Of a stretch of 64,000 bases of DNA, positions 61,601 through 64,000 are shown one piece after another. How positions within the stretch are numbered: the first letter of the stretch is position 1; the number at the start of each line of letters is the position of its first letter. The position numbers and the translations under genes are program-made. The notes under the pieces were generated by a model that worked only from the letters and a program-made list of their open reading frames with translations, searched no databases and had not been told where the DNA came from. The DNA is taken from positions 41,788,001-41,852,000 of the forward strand of contig NC_047017.1 of assembly GCF_902652985.1 (NCBI RefSeq), in the 5' to 3' direction. Source of the stretch: Pecten maximus (lineage: Eukaryota).

Positions 61601-62532
61601 GTCACCAGGAAAATATATTCCTGCATTGTTGACAATGGCCCATAATCCTGAATAAAACACGAGTGAAATAATTTATACTATGTACTATCAGTGATTATTA
61701 CGTTATATTTACATTTGCTCCGCATTTCTCCATTGACACAATGCTAAGAGGCAGTTGCCACCATACGCCTATAAAACCCAGACCCTCAGGCTATAACACC
61801 CAGTGGGTCATGTGACATTAAAAAAGGTTAGAATTTTTGTGCTGGTTTAATTTTTCTAAGGTGACGAAAATGGTAAAACAATGTAAATATAAGTATTGAA
61901 CAGTGGTTTTAATGTTGTAATAGTCGATATGGCAGCAAGATGTATGGTTAGCAAATGTAGCATGGAACCCTTACGGGTTCCTATGCCATTTGCCCACCAC
62001 ACATCTTTCTGCCATATCAACTATAACAACATTAAAACCACTGTTCATTGCTTAAAGAGAAGATATCTTTAACAGGATACAGATTTACTCACATGCCGAT
62101 TCTGGTTTAGGATAAACATTTCATATAATTATGTGCGCATCATTAGAGGAAAATACGTAGGCATAATATATATATCAGAAAGACATGTACGAAAAGGTTG
62201 ACATGTGATGTGTATAAAATGTGTAATACACCTGCTACTGGCAGAGACTAGTATGGACTGTGGCTGTATATCGGATGGATATATATATAGGTAAATAACA
62301 AATACATATTGTTTGACGTACGGGCATTATAGTATACCTTGACCAGTTGCATTAACGTATTCCAGAGCCTTTTGGACGTCATCGTCTTTAGTGACATCAA
62401 GCTTGATCACATGAAGCCGGTCCGACTGACGTGCCTGTAACACTTTGGCCCCCGGACTCTCCAGGCTGAGGACCCCGGCATATACTCTATACCCTAAGTC
62501 GTATAGTCGCTTGGCGAGTAAGTGACCAAATC
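58658..62532 (-). CDS. Short-chain dehydrogenase/reductase, SDR9C type, copy C (exons 2-6; exon 1 beyond the window)
   Basis: Exons 62532-62338, 61647-61495, 59646-59453, 59197-58955, 58726-58658; same internal exon lengths and phases as A and B; stop 7 codons earlier (GGA to TGA). Confidence 0.88.
61890..62054. repeat. About 165-bp foldback palindrome in intron 2 of SDR C
   Basis: TGAACAGTGGTTTTAATGTTGT...GGAACCC TTAC GGGTTCC...ACAACATTAAAACCACTGTTCA. Confidence 0.75.
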
Positions 62533-63242
62533 CTAATTAACCAATATTGAGTGAAAAAAATATAATTAGACATGAATGACAATGCAAACTCACAATAACA
62601 AATTAAAGACTATGCAAATAAAGAACTACACAAAATATACTGTCATTATCAATTATGTTTGTTTCATCACTTGAACTAATAATTTGCTTTTCTAATTGGT
62701 CAGATCATTTTTTATCATACAATAAAGAACGCCATAAGATATGTACATATATGTTTACGTTTGATGCCATGCGACATGTTCAATATGTTTACGTCATTGA
62801 TTCCAGTTCCACACGTCGTTCACCATAAAAGTTTAGAACACCTTGCAGAAAAACCTTACCCTCTAGATAAAACTGACATAACTACACTATATATTTCATT
62901 GACTCCAACTCTGTCACCCGAGTTATGAAGTGAGAAATGAAGCCGTTAAATACAAGACCTCAAGTAGATATAATCATAAAATCATGTCACTCAATATAAA
63001 CAGGTATATAACGCACTACATAGGAAGCCGAATATGTAATATGTAGGAAACGATGTCATGTATTACATACATTTTAATGAAAGCCTGGCAGTAAAATCAT
63101 ATCATTCATATTCACGCTTAACATTCTACGAGGTAGATAACAATATTGGACCATGTTTGTTAATAGGACGCTAAACAAAATAAACCAAACCAAATAGATA
63201 AATTACGCCAACATACACCCTTTGTAGATATCACCGCCCTTA

Positions 63243-64000
63243 CACACTTGATTTGTATACTACCCTATTACTACGTCACACCTGATCTGTATCCTATCCT
63301 ATTACTACGTCAGACTTGATCTGTATCTTACCCTATTACTACGTCACACTTGATCTGTATCTTACCCTATTACTACGTCACACCTGATCTGTATCCTACC
63401 CTATTACTACGTCACACTTGATCTGTATCCTACCCTATTACTACGTCACACTTGATCTGTATTCTACCCTATTACTACGTCACACTTGATCTGTATCCTA
63501 CCCTATTAAAACGTCGCACCTGATCTGTATCTTACCCTATTACTACGTGAAACTCGATCTGTATCTTACCCTATTACTACATCACACTTGACCTGTATTC
63601 TACCCTATTACTACGTCACACTTGATCTGTATCCTACCCTATTACTACGTCACACTTGATCTGTATTCTACCCTATTACTACGTCACACTAGATCTGTAT
63701 CCTACCCTATTACTACGTCACACCTTATCTGTATTTTACCCTATTACTACGTCACATTTGATCTGTATCCTACCCTATTACTACGTCACACTTGATCTGT
63801 ATCCTACCTAATAACCACCTCACACTTGATATGTATCCTACCCTATTACTACGTCACACCTGATCTGTATCCTACCCTATTACTACGTCACACTTGATCT
63901 GTGTCTTACCCTATTACTACGTCACACTTGATATGTATCTTACCCTATTACTACGTCACATTTGATCTGTATCCTACCCTATTACTACGTCACACTTGAT
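63243..64000. repeat. 34-bp minisatellite, at least 22 copies, intron 1 of SDR C
   Basis: Same unit as 23865-24545; runs off the window end. Confidence 0.95.

Overview
AT-rich, intron-containing animal genomic DNA. The repeat content suggests a bivalve or other mollusc (inference). Left end: the 3' part of a + strand, 10-exon uncharacterised gene (FN3-like domain, Pro/Gln-rich linker, Arg/Glu-rich helix; 109-7995), assembled by hand from splice phases. Most of the window is a minus-strand tandem cluster of SDR9C-type short-chain dehydrogenases (RDH/HSD17B/BDH1-like): intact copy A (15511-24880, 353 aa), intact copy B (44032-54601, 351 aa), copy C (58658-62532, exon 1 outside the window) and a truncated, frameshifted pseudogene D (37742-38197). 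A ~14.5 kb segment (about 8420-23010) recurs at 38198-52925, and copy A is a B/C chimera. Mobile elements: a young Gmr1-type Gypsy element (gag-PR-IN-RT order, near-identical LTRs, tRNA-Leu PBS, RT/RNase H deleted, no TSD), a 2 kb solo LTR nested in a SINE, Crypton-like, Tc1/mariner-like, hAT-like, P-like and Kolobok-like non-autonomous elements, LINE/Gypsy/DIRS remnants and four minisatellites. The most unusual signal is that two unrelated LTRs each carry an array of short stem-loops with conserved pairing and variable spacers (7 units in the solo LTR, 6 in each Gmr1 LTR).
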